DNA of 64,000 nt from Phyllobates terribilis (Eukaryota). The translations under genes and the position numbers were made by a program. Shown here piece after piece: positions 30,772 through 44,285 of this stretch (within the stretch, counting starts at the first letter, position 1; every line of letters starts with the position of its first letter). The notes beneath the pieces are model-generated. The model had not been told where the DNA came from. It did no database searches and worked only from the letters and a program-made list of their open reading frames with translations. The DNA lies in assembly GCF_046119375.1 (NCBI RefSeq), contig NW_027362763.1, forward strand, positions 72,168,001 through 72,232,000, in the 5' to 3' direction.

Positions 30772-33700
30772 CTGAAAATACATGAGTTTTCGACAACAAT
30801 AACATCTTTGTGAGTGAATTTCATTGCTTTATAAACGATATATTGATTGATTAATTTATACATTCATTCATTCTGTTAATTTATAAAAAAAAAACTGACA
30901 GCAGAGGAAAAAGAGTGTGCTGATCTTGTGGGGGAAGTGACCTTTTTCACAAATGTGGTTCTTTGAAGACATGGTTGAATATGAAAGGGACAATTCCAAA
31001 AAAATGTGAGTGGTTACAATATAATTTACCCAGTGAAACTATAGAAATTGTTGTATTCTGATCTTACAGGAGAAAGTGACCTTTTCTGTAGAAAATAAGG
31101 TTACATATCACAGTGGCAATTTTGAGGCAGGAATACAATATGCTGAAGGCATAACATAAATAACTGTAGCTGCAACAGATGAGTTTACTGATCTTGCAGA
31201 AGATGAACAGGGAAGAGCCACAAGGCTCAAAAAATGAGTGATCCAGCCTTTGTCAAGGGGTGTTCAAGGGGTGGAGACTATGTTCACACCCCTTGACAAA
31301 GGCTTGTTTGCCGAAACGCGCGTCGGGGCTGGCGCGCATGTGGCAGTGACTGAAGGGTAATCTATCCATTGACAGGTAGACTATGTTTCCGATATATGTC
31401 TGTTATAAGTATAATATGTGAAGTAGTCATCAATTATGTACCTGTCATGGTAGTGATATCTAATGTGATTATATTTACCATACTTTAGATACTTACCCTT
31501 TGGAGTTTCAATTAACTTTTTCTCCCTTAATTACTGAGCGACTGTTTCCATTGTGAGCCCTATTTTAAATACACTCTGTGTTTTCTGTGTGTGTTCATAC
31601 ACTTACTTTGTTATCATGTAATAAAATCTAGATATTTTGATACCATATTGTGCTGGATCACTCATTTTTTGAGCATTGTGGCTCTTCCCTGATCATATAT
31701 CCCCTTATGATGATCCTCCTACAATTATGGTCCTAGGTGGGCAGAGATGAAGTGCAACAAGTATGTTATAATAATATTGCCTAAATCTGTCAGATATCTC
31801 TCTCTGATCTTGCAGAAGGCAGTGGCCATTTCACTCACACAACTACATGTGACAGTCACAAAATCAAGAAATGGGCAGGGAGGTATACTGTACCAAATTA
31901 CTTCTCTATGGGAATTATTGTAGCAGCGGGAGATTAGTGATCTGATTTTATTGAAGGCAGTGACCAATTCACTCACGTGGTAATATGTGACAGGCTTAAT
32001 ATCAAAAAATGGTCAATGAAAGCATATACTCTATTCAATAAAACTATGGGAATTATTGAAGCAGCGGAAGGTTAATGTTCTGATCTTGTAGAAGGCAGTG
32101 ACTGCTTTACTCATGTAGCCTTATGGGACAGGTATAGTATCAAGAAATCGCAGGGGAAACATATACTGTGTCCAATGAAACTATGGAAATTATTGTAGCA
32201 TCTGGGGATTAATTTTCCACCCTTGCAGTAAACAAGTGATGGTAATTTACAAAGCTAAATACAGTTATGTGGCTTAGCAGAAAAGAGTGTGGTTTAGTGA
32301 GAAAGGGATGTGATTTTAATTTTTACTTTGCTCAGGCAAGATTATTAAACCTGCCTCCGTGACTTTTCTAATCTTTTGGTTATGTGACAGTTTCAAAAAG
32401 CAAGCAGAAATAAAATATGCTGTAGCCAATAAGAGCGTGAAAATTATTAAAGCAGCAGAAATGAGTATTCTGATAATATGGGCAGCAGTGACCATCGCAC
32501 TCATGTGATTGTGTATTTAAAGACATACTGTTTGTATAGTTTTGAGAAGTAGATAGTGATCAAATATGCTATAGCTCACAAGACCATGGAAATTAATATA
32601 GCAGCAGGAGATGATTGTTCTGATTATATGGGAGGCAGTGACCAGTGATTTTATGGTTGTGTATTTAAAGACATACTGTTGGTAAAGTTTTGAGAAGTAG
32701 ATAGTGATCACATATGCTATAGCCCATGAGACCATGGAAATTAATATAGCAGCAGGAGATGATTGTTCTGATTATATGGGAGGCAGTGACCAGTGATCTT
32801 GTGGTTGTGTATTTAAAGATATACTGTTGTTATAGTTTTGAGAAGTAGATAGTGATAAAAATATGTTATAGCCCATGAGACCATGTAAATTAATATAGCA
32901 GCAGGAGATGATTGTTCTGATCTTAAGGGAGGCAGTGACCACTCCAACCTTGTGGTTAGGTATTTAAAGGGTGCACAGCTTCAGGAGACCACAGCTTCAG
33001 GGGCACAGCCCCTGCCTCCCAGCTTCCTACTTTTTGGGCTTCCAGTATGGTTGAGCCTCTGGCCTGAATTGTGCACTCTATTTAGCAGCGATTGAACCAA
33101 AATGAAATTGCTTGCAGTCCATTCTTGAAAATGGAGAGAAATTTTAATAAGAGATAAATTGCAAAGTTGCTTGGTTTTACAAGAAGGTTCAGATTTTACC
33201 CATTTATTAGGATAGGACAGCCCCTTTAAAGAGATACTGTGTGTACAACAGAAAGTGATAGAATATGCTATAGCCAATCAAACCAGGGAAAAAATGAATG
33301 ATCTGATCTGAACTTTCTGGGGAAAATGACAGCATGTTCCTTGTTAGTAAGGACAGCGATGCAGGTGATGGGTTGGAACAGTTCAGAATGATTACTTTGG
33401 ATCCCCCGGGTCCTTTCATCACACATTAACAAAATAACTTCACTTAATGACCAGTTGAACTTTAGATTTCACTAATAATTAAAATGTCGTGATTACCCTG
33501 ACTCAGATTCATGTACCTGGGAAAGGGCTACAGCAAGACAAACAAAGGTGTACAAGAACGCTTGGCGAAACGTCAAGTATTAGATTGTGACCTTTTGTTT
33601 TACTTTCTGTGACTCTCCAGCCAAGCTGTCTTTCTAAAGAGCATGGTCTGGAGAGTTTTTATTAATTTTAAAGGAATATTCAATTGTCCTCAAATAAGGC

Positions 33701-34445
33701 GTATTCATTGTAAAATAAAAAGTTATAGAATTTTCCAATATACTTTTAAAAAAAAAAAAATTCCCATGGCATCGCCATGATGACAATATGTCAAATATGT
33801 CCATTTTTGTTGCTGATTTGTAATGATTATTTTGTTTTTACAAAGAGCAGTAAGAATTATTATTACAGCTGTTTTTCATTTTTTTTTTGTTACTTCAAAA
33901 GGAAAACAAACCTATGACTTTTATTTTACCTCTACTATACAAGTATGCAAATTATATAAGAGATGTATTGGTACATAGAAATGTAAAGCTGCTGCCTGCC
34001 AAGCTACAGGTTGTGAGTTTGAATCCTGTGGAAAACCTTCAAAAACAAATTGCAGAAACTGTTTAACTGCACGTACATTTCATTGCATGTCGTTTGTTCA
34101 ATTTTCCAATAAATTGCATAGTAGAATGACTGGTGTCATCCAAAACTACAACTCGTCCTGCAAAAAAATACAAGCCTTCAATATGGCAATGTTGATGGAA
34201 AAACAAAGTTATGTATCTTGAAAGAAGGTTGGAAAAAAACAAAAGCACAAAAATGAAAAAATGCTCTAAACTAAGGGTTAAAATCTCGGTCATTAAAATC
34301 CTTTTTTAAAGTGTTTTTGCGCTTTTTTTTTTTTTTTCCTTCCTATCTTCCCATTGGCGTCCGACTATCTCTGACTACTTGGGTGGAGGGTGGACAGTGA
34401 CTTAGTGACTTACAAAATAAAGATTTGTACATTTAGTTACTTTAC

Positions 34446-34593
34446 CAATCATTGCAAATAAATCAGAGTGATAAACAGAGCCTTCATGTTCATGTCCTTT
34501 TTTCAGTCCAGATCGATACAGTACAGCCGAAGCAGCCAGCCCGAAATAAGCTCCAAATGCATGGATGACCATAGATGCACCAATATCTGTCGC
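34446..34593 (-). CDS. RHAG: RHAG exon 4, copy 2
   Basis: Identical to 7641-7788. Confidence 0.97.
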
Positions 34594-37500
34594 CTGCAAG
34601 ATAAAAAGATTGGATGATGTTATATTTAAAGGGAATTTCCACTGAGACACATATCATTTATATACACATAATGCGCATTAAGAAGCAGAGTCACTATGAA
34701 AACACCGTGCATTTCTGATCCTGAAATACAAATTGTGCTCTACTCAAGAGCTGCATTTACAATTCTGCAGTTTTCAGAACTGAAATCTCACAGCATTCCC
34801 TGTTGACTACAGAGAGGATTATCTAGTGCATGGTTACATACATTAATCTATAAGACTATCGACATAAAAATATTATACAGGTTCAGACCATCATTGAATA
34901 TTGAAAAATTATTTATAGAAAATGTTTAAAAATATAGAGAAAAATGTAGTCACAATGTCTACTATAGTATATTGATATAAATAGTACTGCCTCCAAATAT
35001 CAGAATGATGTATAGATAGCATTTTCTCACTGTCTTTCCAAATGAATCATGTAGGCACAGATAGTACTGACTCCTTGTTTCTTTCTGTTTATCATGTAGG
35101 CACAGATACAACTGAATTCATGTTTCTATTTTTATATAATGTAGGCACAGATAAAACTGACTTCTTTGCTTCTTTTTGTGTATTATGTAGGGAAAGATAC
35201 AGCCAACTCAGTACTGACTCCTTGTTTCTTTCTATTTATCATATAGGCACAGATACTACCAACTCCCTGTATCTTTATATATATCATGCAGGCACAGATT
35301 CAACTGACTCCCTGACCCTTTTTTCCATATCATGTAGGCACAGAGACAATTCACACCGTGTATATTTCTGTATATGATGTAGGCACAGACACAGCTGACT
35401 CTCTGTCTCTTTCTATATATCATGTAGGCACAGATATAACCAACTCCTTGTATCTTTTTTAATATCATGTAGGCACTACTGATGAGCGAGCACTAAAATG
35501 CTCGGGTACTCATTGTTCGTGTCGAGCAAATTGGAATACTCGGGTGCTCGACCCGAGCAACGAGCCCAATGTAAGTCTATGGGAAACTCGAGCATTTTTC
35601 AGGCGACTCCCACCGGTGGTCTTCAGAGGGCCTAAAAATTGCCAAAATCGATGGGAACAGTGCTCAATTGACATGGGAACAGCATGGGGAAGACCCCTGG
35701 AAGCATTTCGGACTCCCAGGTCACTGCTGTCAACAATGTTGTCAGAGGTATTACGCCACTTTTACGGACTCACAATAAACATGCAAATACAAAATCAAAA
35801 TGGATTTTCCGGGGAAATATGTTAAGGAACATCCTTTCCAGGGTATATAAGGCAAAATAAATATGCAAAAACAAAAATACTCCTCCACACCTTCGGCTAT
35901 GTTCACATGTAGCGTTTTTGATGCATTTTTGCACTTTTATATTGCTTTCAACCAAGACAAATGCATTCACTGGGAATTGTCAAGTGGGTCTCCCATACTG
36001 TTATTCCGTATGCAGTGACTGCAAGGGCTTCAAAAAATGTGGATGCAACCCAATACCACTTTGAAGAGACATAGAGGAGGGTCTCAGTAAAAAAATGTTC
36101 CCATTATAAAGAAGCCAATCTCCTATAGTGGTAATGCCCATGCTGTGACTGCAATGGCTGCCAAAATTTAGGAAAAACCCCACTAACAATTTAAAGACAC
36201 ATAGAGCATGGCCAAAGTAACGAGTACGACATGTTCCCTTTAGAAAGGAGAGGGTCTGCTATTCAGTTATAGGGTATGCAGTGAAGCAACGGCTGCCAAA
36301 GATTTGGAGGAACTCCAATGCCCCGTGAAAGAGACGTAGAGGTCGGAGGACCTCCTGCAAAAATGCTCCCATTATTAGGAAGTGGGTCTCCCATACTGTT
36401 TGCCTATGCAGTGAAGCAACGACTGCCAAAAATATGGAGGAACTCCAATGTCCCTTATAAGAGACATATAGGTCAGAGGGCCTCCTGCAAAAAATGCTCC
36501 CATTTTTAGGAAGTGTGTCTCCCATACTCTTTGCTTATGCAGTGAAGCAAGGGCTGACAAAAATTTGGAGGAACTCCAATACCCCTTGCAAGAAACATAG
36601 ATATGTTGGTGATATGGTGGTGGAGGATGAGGATGCAGAGAAGGAGGAGGACAATAGCAAATAGACAAAATCAGGAAGAATATACCCATGTCTGGGTGTG
36701 AAGACGTAGGTGCATGGGAATAGAGTTAGACCTCTCAAAAAAAAGACACTGTATTTCAGCTTATCTTACGCTGCTACCATTCAGTGGTGTTGAGAATTCT
36801 GGCCAAATCCAGCCCTTGTTAATTTTTATAAGAGCCAGCCTGTCAGCATTTTCAGTTGACAGGCAGATGCACCTATCAATTATAAATCCACCAGCGGCAC
36901 TAAAAACCCGCTCTGACCAAACGCTAGCGGAAGGGCAGGCCAGGACCTCCATGGCGTAGAGAGCCAGTTCATGCCACGTGTCCAGCATGGATACCCAATA
37001 ATTATAAGGCACAGAGGAATCACGGAGGATGTTGCACGGTAGGCAAAGTACTCCCTCACCATCTTCCGAACTTTTCCTTCCTTGGGAGAATATCCCGAGC
37101 CTCAGGGCCTGTGCGATGGGAGGGTCTGAGAAAACTGTCCCAGAACTTTGACAGTGTTCCCCTGCATTTTTCTGGATTGCATTTCTGTCTCTCTTGCCTG
37201 TACTCCTTGGTTTTCCAATGAACTGTGACCTCTGCCGCCAGCGTTTTCAGATGGGAATTTTTTTATTAATTCCGCAACAAGGGCCTTCTCATACTGCCCC
37301 ATTTTATTAGGCCTGTCCTACAAGGGAATAAGAGACAGAAAGTTCTCCTTGTAGCATGGGTATAGAAGTGTCACCAACCGGTAATGACTGTCACCCAAAA
37401 TTTGGACAAAGCAAGGGTCACGGGAAAGGCAGCGTGACATAAACTCAGCCTTGTGTGCCAGATTGCAAAGAGACAAGACTTCTCTGTCCTCACCAAGAGG

Positions 37501-40500
37501 ACAACTGGCCTTGCTCTCCTCCTAATCCTTCTCCTCTTCCTCCTCCTCCCTGTCCTCAGGCTATCCATGCTGAACAGATGTTATGACAGTTGTGCAGGTA
37601 GTACGGTCTATAGCACATTGTCACCCAATCCTCGTTGGGATGAGATGAGGCTGGGCTGTGTGTAATCACCCTATATTGTTCCTTGCTCCAGCTCATCATG
37701 CTCTGCCTGCAATGCATCCTCTTAAATTGTGAGCAGAGAGCGTTTCAGAAGACAGAGAAATGGGATGGTGACGCTAATTATGAAGTCATCGCTGCACACC
37801 ATCTTGGTGGAGTCCTCAAAGCTTTGGAGGACGGTACAAATGTCTGACATCCATGTCCACTCTTGAGGTTTCATGTGTGGAGTCTGACCTGAACACCGAC
37901 AGCCTTGTTGATGATGGTAGTCAACAACTGCCCTCTTCTGCTCACAAATCGTTCCCAACAACTGCAATTTAGAGTTCCAAAGCGTGGGAACAACGAAGAT
38001 GCAAGGGCGCTGGAAGCTGTAGCTGACTTTCTAAGATGGGCACACAGGCGGCATACTTTGACAAGCAGATTGGACATATCCGGATAGGTTTTGAGAAACT
38101 GCTTAACCACGAGGTTAAGCACATGGGCCAGACATGGTACGTGTGTGAGCTCGCCGCACCTCAGAGCCGCCACCAGTTTCCCGCATTGTCACACATGACC
38201 ATGCCTGGCTGTGGGGTCAGAGGTGTCTGCCACAGATCTGCCTGCTCTTTCAGAGCTGTCCACAACTTTTCAGCGTTGTGCGGCTTGTTGCCTAAGCATA
38301 TTAGCTTCAGCACAGCCTGTTGCCGCTTGGCCGAGGCAGTGCTGCAGTGCTTCCAGCTTGCGACTGATTTGGTCATTTCGGAGATGGAGGCTGAAGAGGA
38401 GGAGGAGGTGCAGGAGCTGTAGAATGTGGGGGCAACTATTCGAATTTATGTTGTTCTACTATTGTTGTGGTTTGCTGGCTTCTAGTCTTTTCCTCTGGTG
38501 CTTGGTGTCTTGTTCACATGATCTCTTCACTCTTTATTATTCAGCACCTGTCTCCCATTCCCCGCTGGACATCAGTGTTGTTACGCTTGTGCTCTGGCTA
38601 AGTTGCCTTGTTTATTTTGTTTGTTCGTCTGTCTGCTACTATTTCTGTTAGGAGGTGTCCATTTTGCTCCCAGTCCCTAGTACTTGTAGGGATTCCTTCC
38701 CCACATCTATAGGTCTCCGTACAGACTAGCTTAGGACTTTAGCAGGTCTGATCGCAGGATCAGGTTCCCCGTTACATCGTAGGGATCAAGCTGAGTTCTA
38801 TCGTAGGGACAGCTCTCCTCTCTTTCCTTAGCTTTGGTAGCAGAACATAACACTTTCAATGCTGGCAAACAAGTGCCATGCAGTACAGCATATTCAAAAC
38901 ATTATTCCCATTATTGGGGAGTGGGTCTCCCATAGTCTTTGCCTATGCCTTCCAAGCAAAAGCTGCCAAAAATTAGGACGGAGGAACTTGCAATGCTGAC
39001 CACGGTCACCCTGGTGGTATAGTGGTGGTGGAGGCTGAGGATAAGGAGAAGAGCAAAATACAGCCGAAATGAGAAAGCGTATACCCATGTGTGGGTGTGA
39101 AGCGGTGCATGGGAATACACGTCCCGAAATAACACAGTGGATTTGACTTTATGTTACTTTGCTGTCATTTGGTGGTGATGAGAAGTCTGGCCCAATCCAG
39201 CCCTTGTTCATTTTGATAAGGGTCAGCTTGTCAGCATTGTCAGTTGACAGGCGAGTGCACTTATCAGTTATAATTCCCCCAGCGGCACTAAAAACACGCT
39301 CCGATAACAAGCTAGCGGCAGGGCAGGCCAGGACCACCAAAGCGTACAGAGCGAGTTCATTCCAAGCGTCCAGATTGGATATCCAATAATTAAAAGGCAC
39401 AAAGGAATCACGGAGGAAGCTGGTACGGTCGGCAAGGTACTCCCTCACCATTTTTTGAAAGTTTCCATTCCTTGTGAGAGTACCCCGCGCCACAGGGCCT
39501 GTAAGCTGGGTGGGTCTCAGAAAACTGTCCCAGAATGTTGTCAGTGTTCCCCTGCCTCTGCTGGATTGGAGTTGCATCTCTCTCACCTGTACGCCTTGGT
39601 TGGTCAACGAACTGTGACCTCTGCTGCTAGCGTGTTCAGATGGGAATTTTTTTAACAGTTCTGCAGCAAATGCCTTCTGGTACTGCACATTTTTGTAGAC
39701 CTATCCACCTCAGGAATAAGAGAGTGAAAGTTCTCCTTGCAGCGGGGGTCTAAAAGTGTCATCAACTAGTAATGACTGTCACCCAACATTTTGAGAACGC
39801 GAGGGTCACGGTTAAGGCAGCGTAACATAAAGTCAGCCATGTGTGCCAGACTGGTAACGGGCAAGACTTCCGTGTTCTCCATAAGATGATCACTGACAAT
39901 GCTCTCTTCCTCCTCCTCCTTCTACTCCTTCTCCCCCCTGTCCTCAGGCCACGCTGAACCAACGGTATGACAGTTGTACAGGTACTACCGTCTACAGCGC
40001 ATGGTACCAGCTACTGTTCTTACTCCTCCTCCTCCTCTCCCTCATTGTCCCCCAATGCACGTTGGGATGAGATGAGGCTGAGCTGTGTTTAATCGCCCAT
40101 TACGGCTCCTTGATCCATCTCATCATACTCTATCTGCAATGCCTCCTCTTTAATTCCCTGCAGAGAGCGTTGCAAAATACAGACATCTTGGTGGACTCCT
40201 CAAAGTTTGTCAGGATCGTACATATGTCAGATATCCAGGTCCACTCCTGAGGTATTATGTGTGGAGTCTGACCTGAATATTGACGGCCTTGTTGCAGCTG
40301 GTACTCCACAACTGCTCTCTTCTGCTCACAAATCCTTTGCAACATGTGGAGGGTAGAGTTCTAAAGTGTGGGGACATCACACACCAGTCGGTGTGCCGGA
40401 AGCTGCAAACGCTGCTGCAACACAGCAAGGGCAGTGGAAGCTGTCGCCGACTTCCGAAAATGGGCTGACAGGCGGCGCACTTTGACGAGCAGATCTGGCA

Positions 40501-42655
40501 ACTCGGGGTACAATTTAAGAAACTGCTGAACCACGAGGTTAAGCACATGAGCCAGGCATGGTACGTGTGTGATCTCGCCTCGCCTCAGAGCCGCCACCAG
40601 GTTACTGCCATTGTCACACATGACCATGCCTGGATGTAGGTTCAGCGGTCTCAGCCACAGATCTTCCTGCTCTTTCACAGCTCTCCACAACTCACAAGCA
40701 GTGTGAGGTTTATCACCTAAGCTTATGAGTTTCAGCACAGCCTGTTGTCGCTTGGCTGAGGCAGTACTGCAGTGCTTCCAGATTGTAACTGATGTGGTGA
40801 TATCTGAGATGGAGGCTGAACATAAGGAGGAGGAGGATGATGCGCAGGAGCTGTACACTGTGGGGCAACTCTGACTGACATAGGGCCCGCAATCCTCGGT
40901 GGGATGATGTGTTCCATCCCAAAGTACGACTGGGTCCCGACTTCCACTATGTTTACCCAGTGTGCCGTCAGGGAGATGTACCGTCCCTGGCCACAAGCAC
41001 TTGTCCACGTGTCCGTTGTCAGGTGTACTCTCCCAGTAACTGCGTTGTTGAGGGTATGGCAGATGTTTTGGGACACGTGCTTGTGTAGTGCGGGGATGTG
41101 TCGGCTGGGGACCGAGTACTGAGGGACGGCCACCGCCATAAGGTTGCGGAAGGATTCCGTCTCCACCAGCCTAAAAGGCAGCATTTCCAATGCAAGCAGT
41201 CGTGAAATGTGCAAATTTAGGACTGTGGCTGTGGGGCGTTGGCTGCGAATTTGAACTTTCATTCAAAGCTCTGGGATATGGACAATTGAACGCTGCGGTG
41301 CATCATGCAGTATGGACAGGGGATTGCCTTGCAAGCTCAACAGGGGGTTCTCTTACATGCACAACAGCGGAAGAAGCAGTGGTGACACCCGCTGACACTG
41401 GTTGTGGACCCGGGGGTTTGCCCCACAAAGTCGCGTGCTTTGCTGACATGTGCCTGATCATGCTGGTGGTTGTCAGGCTGGTAGTTTTGTCACCCCTGCT
41501 GATGCTGGTATGGCAGGTTTTACAAATGTTCTTTTTGGTGTTATCAGCAGAGTCTTTAAAAAAATTCCAGACCCTGGAAGACCTACCGGTTGTACTGGCA
41601 ACGTCCCTCATGTTGGTGTTACGGGGAACTGTTGCCCGCCTTCTGTGTGCGGCCACCACACTGCTTCTTCCTGCCTGTTGGGGTGCTCTGCCTCCCCCCT
41701 CCCACATGTGCTGCTGGCCTCACTCTGCGTGTCCTCCTGCCACGTTGGGTTAGTTACTAGATCATCCACCACCTCCTCCTCTTCCACTTGCGCACCACGA
41801 TCCTCCTCCTCACTTCGTGACAATTGCGTCTCGTCATCGTTCACCTCTTGTGACAAATTGCCAGCGTCGACTTCCTCTGGCCGTGGTTTTTCAAATATTT
41901 GGGCATTGCTACATGGGATCTCCTCTTCCACCACTATAAGCGTAAGAGGCGAGGGGCCCAAAAATATGGAAATGGACCAGTGAACAGCTCTTCAGAGTGT
42001 CCAAGTGTGGGATCCGTTGCTGTCTGACGACACTCGGCATGGTGGGAGGAAGGAGCATCAGGGTGAGGAGGAGTATGCTGTCGAGACTCACGGCTACTAA
42101 AACTTGACAGTGTGGAAGACAGACCGGAGGTGGTGGTGCCCAGGTAACTGGAAGTATTATCTGCTATATGATTAATAACCAGTTCACACTGATCAGTTCG
42201 CAATACTGGTGTTGTAGTTTGCTTCCCTAGTAATTCGGTCAAGAAGTGGGAGCGAGAAGATGTGGCTGTTGGCTTTGGCACATTTTCACCTTGATCACGG
42301 CCCGGTCCTCTACACGCACCATCACCAGAACGTCCAGTTCCACGTCCCTTGCCACGCGCCTTGCCCATTGTAAATGAAGTAAAATAGCTTACACTCACAC
42401 TACCAATGAAAAAAGGGAAATAAAAAGGAGATTAGTACCATGGAAGAGGAAAACCACTGTTCTATTTCTCTGGCCTACACCAGAATATTTTAAACAGATA
42501 TAATTGTGTCTGAACAGTCAGGGAGACACTATTACTGTTTTTTTAAATGTAAAAAATGCCAATAGCTGGAAAGGATAATACAGAGATTTAAACCATGCAA
42601 CTGCAAAACCAAACTTCTAGTTATCTGGCCTACACCAGTATATTTTAACCAGATA

Positions 42656-44285
42656 CAGTACAGACCAAAAGTTTGGACACACCTTCTCATTTAAATTTTT
42701 TTCTGTATTTTCATGACTATGAAAATTGTACATTCACACTGAAGGCATCAAATCTATGAATTAGCACATGTGGAATTATATACTTAACAAAAAAGTGTGA
42801 AACAACTGAAAATATGTCTTATATTCTAGGTTCTTCAAAGTAGCCACCTTTTGCTTTAATGACTGCTTTGCACACTCTTGGCATTCTCTTGATGAGCTTC
42901 AAGTGGTAGTCACCGGAAATGGTCTTTCAACAATCTTGAAGGAGTTCCCAGAGATGCTTAGCACTTGTTGGCGCTTTTGCCTTCACTCTGCGGTCCAGCT
43001 CACCCCAAACCATCTCGATTGGGTTCAGGTCTGGTGACTGTGGAGGGCAGTTCATCTGGCGTAGCACCCCTTCACTCTCCTTCTTGGTCAAATAGCCCTT
43101 ACACAGCCTGGAGGTGTGTTTGAGGTCATTGTCCTGTTGAAAAATAAATGATGGTCCAACTAATCGCAAACCGGATGGAATAGCATGCCGCTGCAAGATG
43201 CTGTGGTAGCCAGGCTGGTTCAGTATGCCTTCAATTTTGAATAAATCCCCAATAGTGTCACCAGCAAAGCACCCCCACACCAACACACCTCCTCCTCCAT
43301 GCTTCACGGTGGGAACCAGGCATGTAGAGTCCATCCGTTCACCTTTTCTGCGTTGCACAAAGACACGGTGGTTGGAACCAAATATCTCAAATTTGGACTC
43401 ATCAGACCAAAGCACAGATTTCCACTGGTCTAATGTCCATTCCTTGTGTTCTTTAGCCCCAACAATTCTCTTCTGCTTGTTGCCTGTCCTTAGCAGTGGT
43501 TTCCTAGCAGCTATTTTACCATGAAGGCCTGCTGCACAAAGTCTCCTCTTAATAGTTGTTGAAGAGATGTGTCTACTGCTAGAACTCTGTGTGGCATTGA
43601 CCTGGTCTCTAATCTGAGCTGCTGTTAACCTGTGATTTCTGAGGCTGGTGACTCGGATAAATTTATCCTCAGAAGCAGAGGTGACTCTTGGTCTTCCTTT
43701 CCTGGGGTGGTCCTCATGTGAGCCAATTTCTTTGTAGCGCTTGATGGTTTTTGCAACTGCACTTGGGGACACTTTCAAAGTTTTCCCAATTTTTCAGACT
43801 GACTGACCTTCATTTCTTAAAGTAATGATGGCCACTCGTTTTTCTTTAGTTAGCTGCTTTTTTCTTGCCATAATACAAATTCTAACAGTCTTTTCAGTAG
43901 GACTATCAGTTGTGTATCCACAAGACTTCTGCACAACACAACTGAGGGTCCCAGCCCCATTTATAAGGCAAGAAATGCCACTTATTAAACCTGACAGGGC
44001 ACACCTGTGAAGTGAAAACCATTTCCGGTGACTACATCTTAAAACTCATCAAGAGAATGCCAAGTGTGTGCAAAGCAGTTATCAAAGCAAAAGGTGGCTA
44101 CTTTGAAGAACCTAGAATATAAGACATATTTTCAGTTGTTTCACACTTTTTTGTTAAGTATATAATTCCACATGTGTTAATTCAGAGTTTTGATACCTTC
44201 AGTGTGAATGTACAATTTTCATAGTCATGAAAATACAGAAAAATCTTTAAATGAGAAGGTGTGTCCAAACATTTGGTCTGTACTG
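42656..44285 (-). mobile_element. Tc1-family DD38E (Intruder-type) transposon, 1,630 bp, TA TSD
   Basis: TA at 42654-42655 and 44286-44287; TIRs of about 268 bp starting CAGTACAGACCAAA; 38 residues between the second D (QQDND) and E (NPIE). Confidence 0.95.
42819..43871 (-). pseudogene. Tc1 transposase (351 codons) with two nonsense codons and no frameshift
   Basis: MARKKQLTKEKRVAIITLRNEGQSV* (TGA 43794-43796)...GRPR...WSDESKF...QQDND...NPIE...LQDC* (TGA 42927-42929) KTIS...GGYFEEPRI*. The 283-aa track ORF lies between the two stops. Confidence 0.93.

Larger units (their letters stand above)
25364..34593 (-). pseudogene. RHAG: RHAG copy 2: exons 4-10 (795 nt, 264 aa + stop), 5'-truncated duplicate, frame intact
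   Basis: All seven exons with GT-AG sites; first in-frame Met is codon 8 (MVIHAFG). No exons 1-3 found between 34594 and copy 3. Confidence 0.88.

Noticed and set aside
42927-43778. 283-aa ORF as an active transposase
   Set aside because: It is bounded by two premature stops; the true ATG is at 43871, so the N-terminal DNA-binding segment and the C-terminus are cut off.
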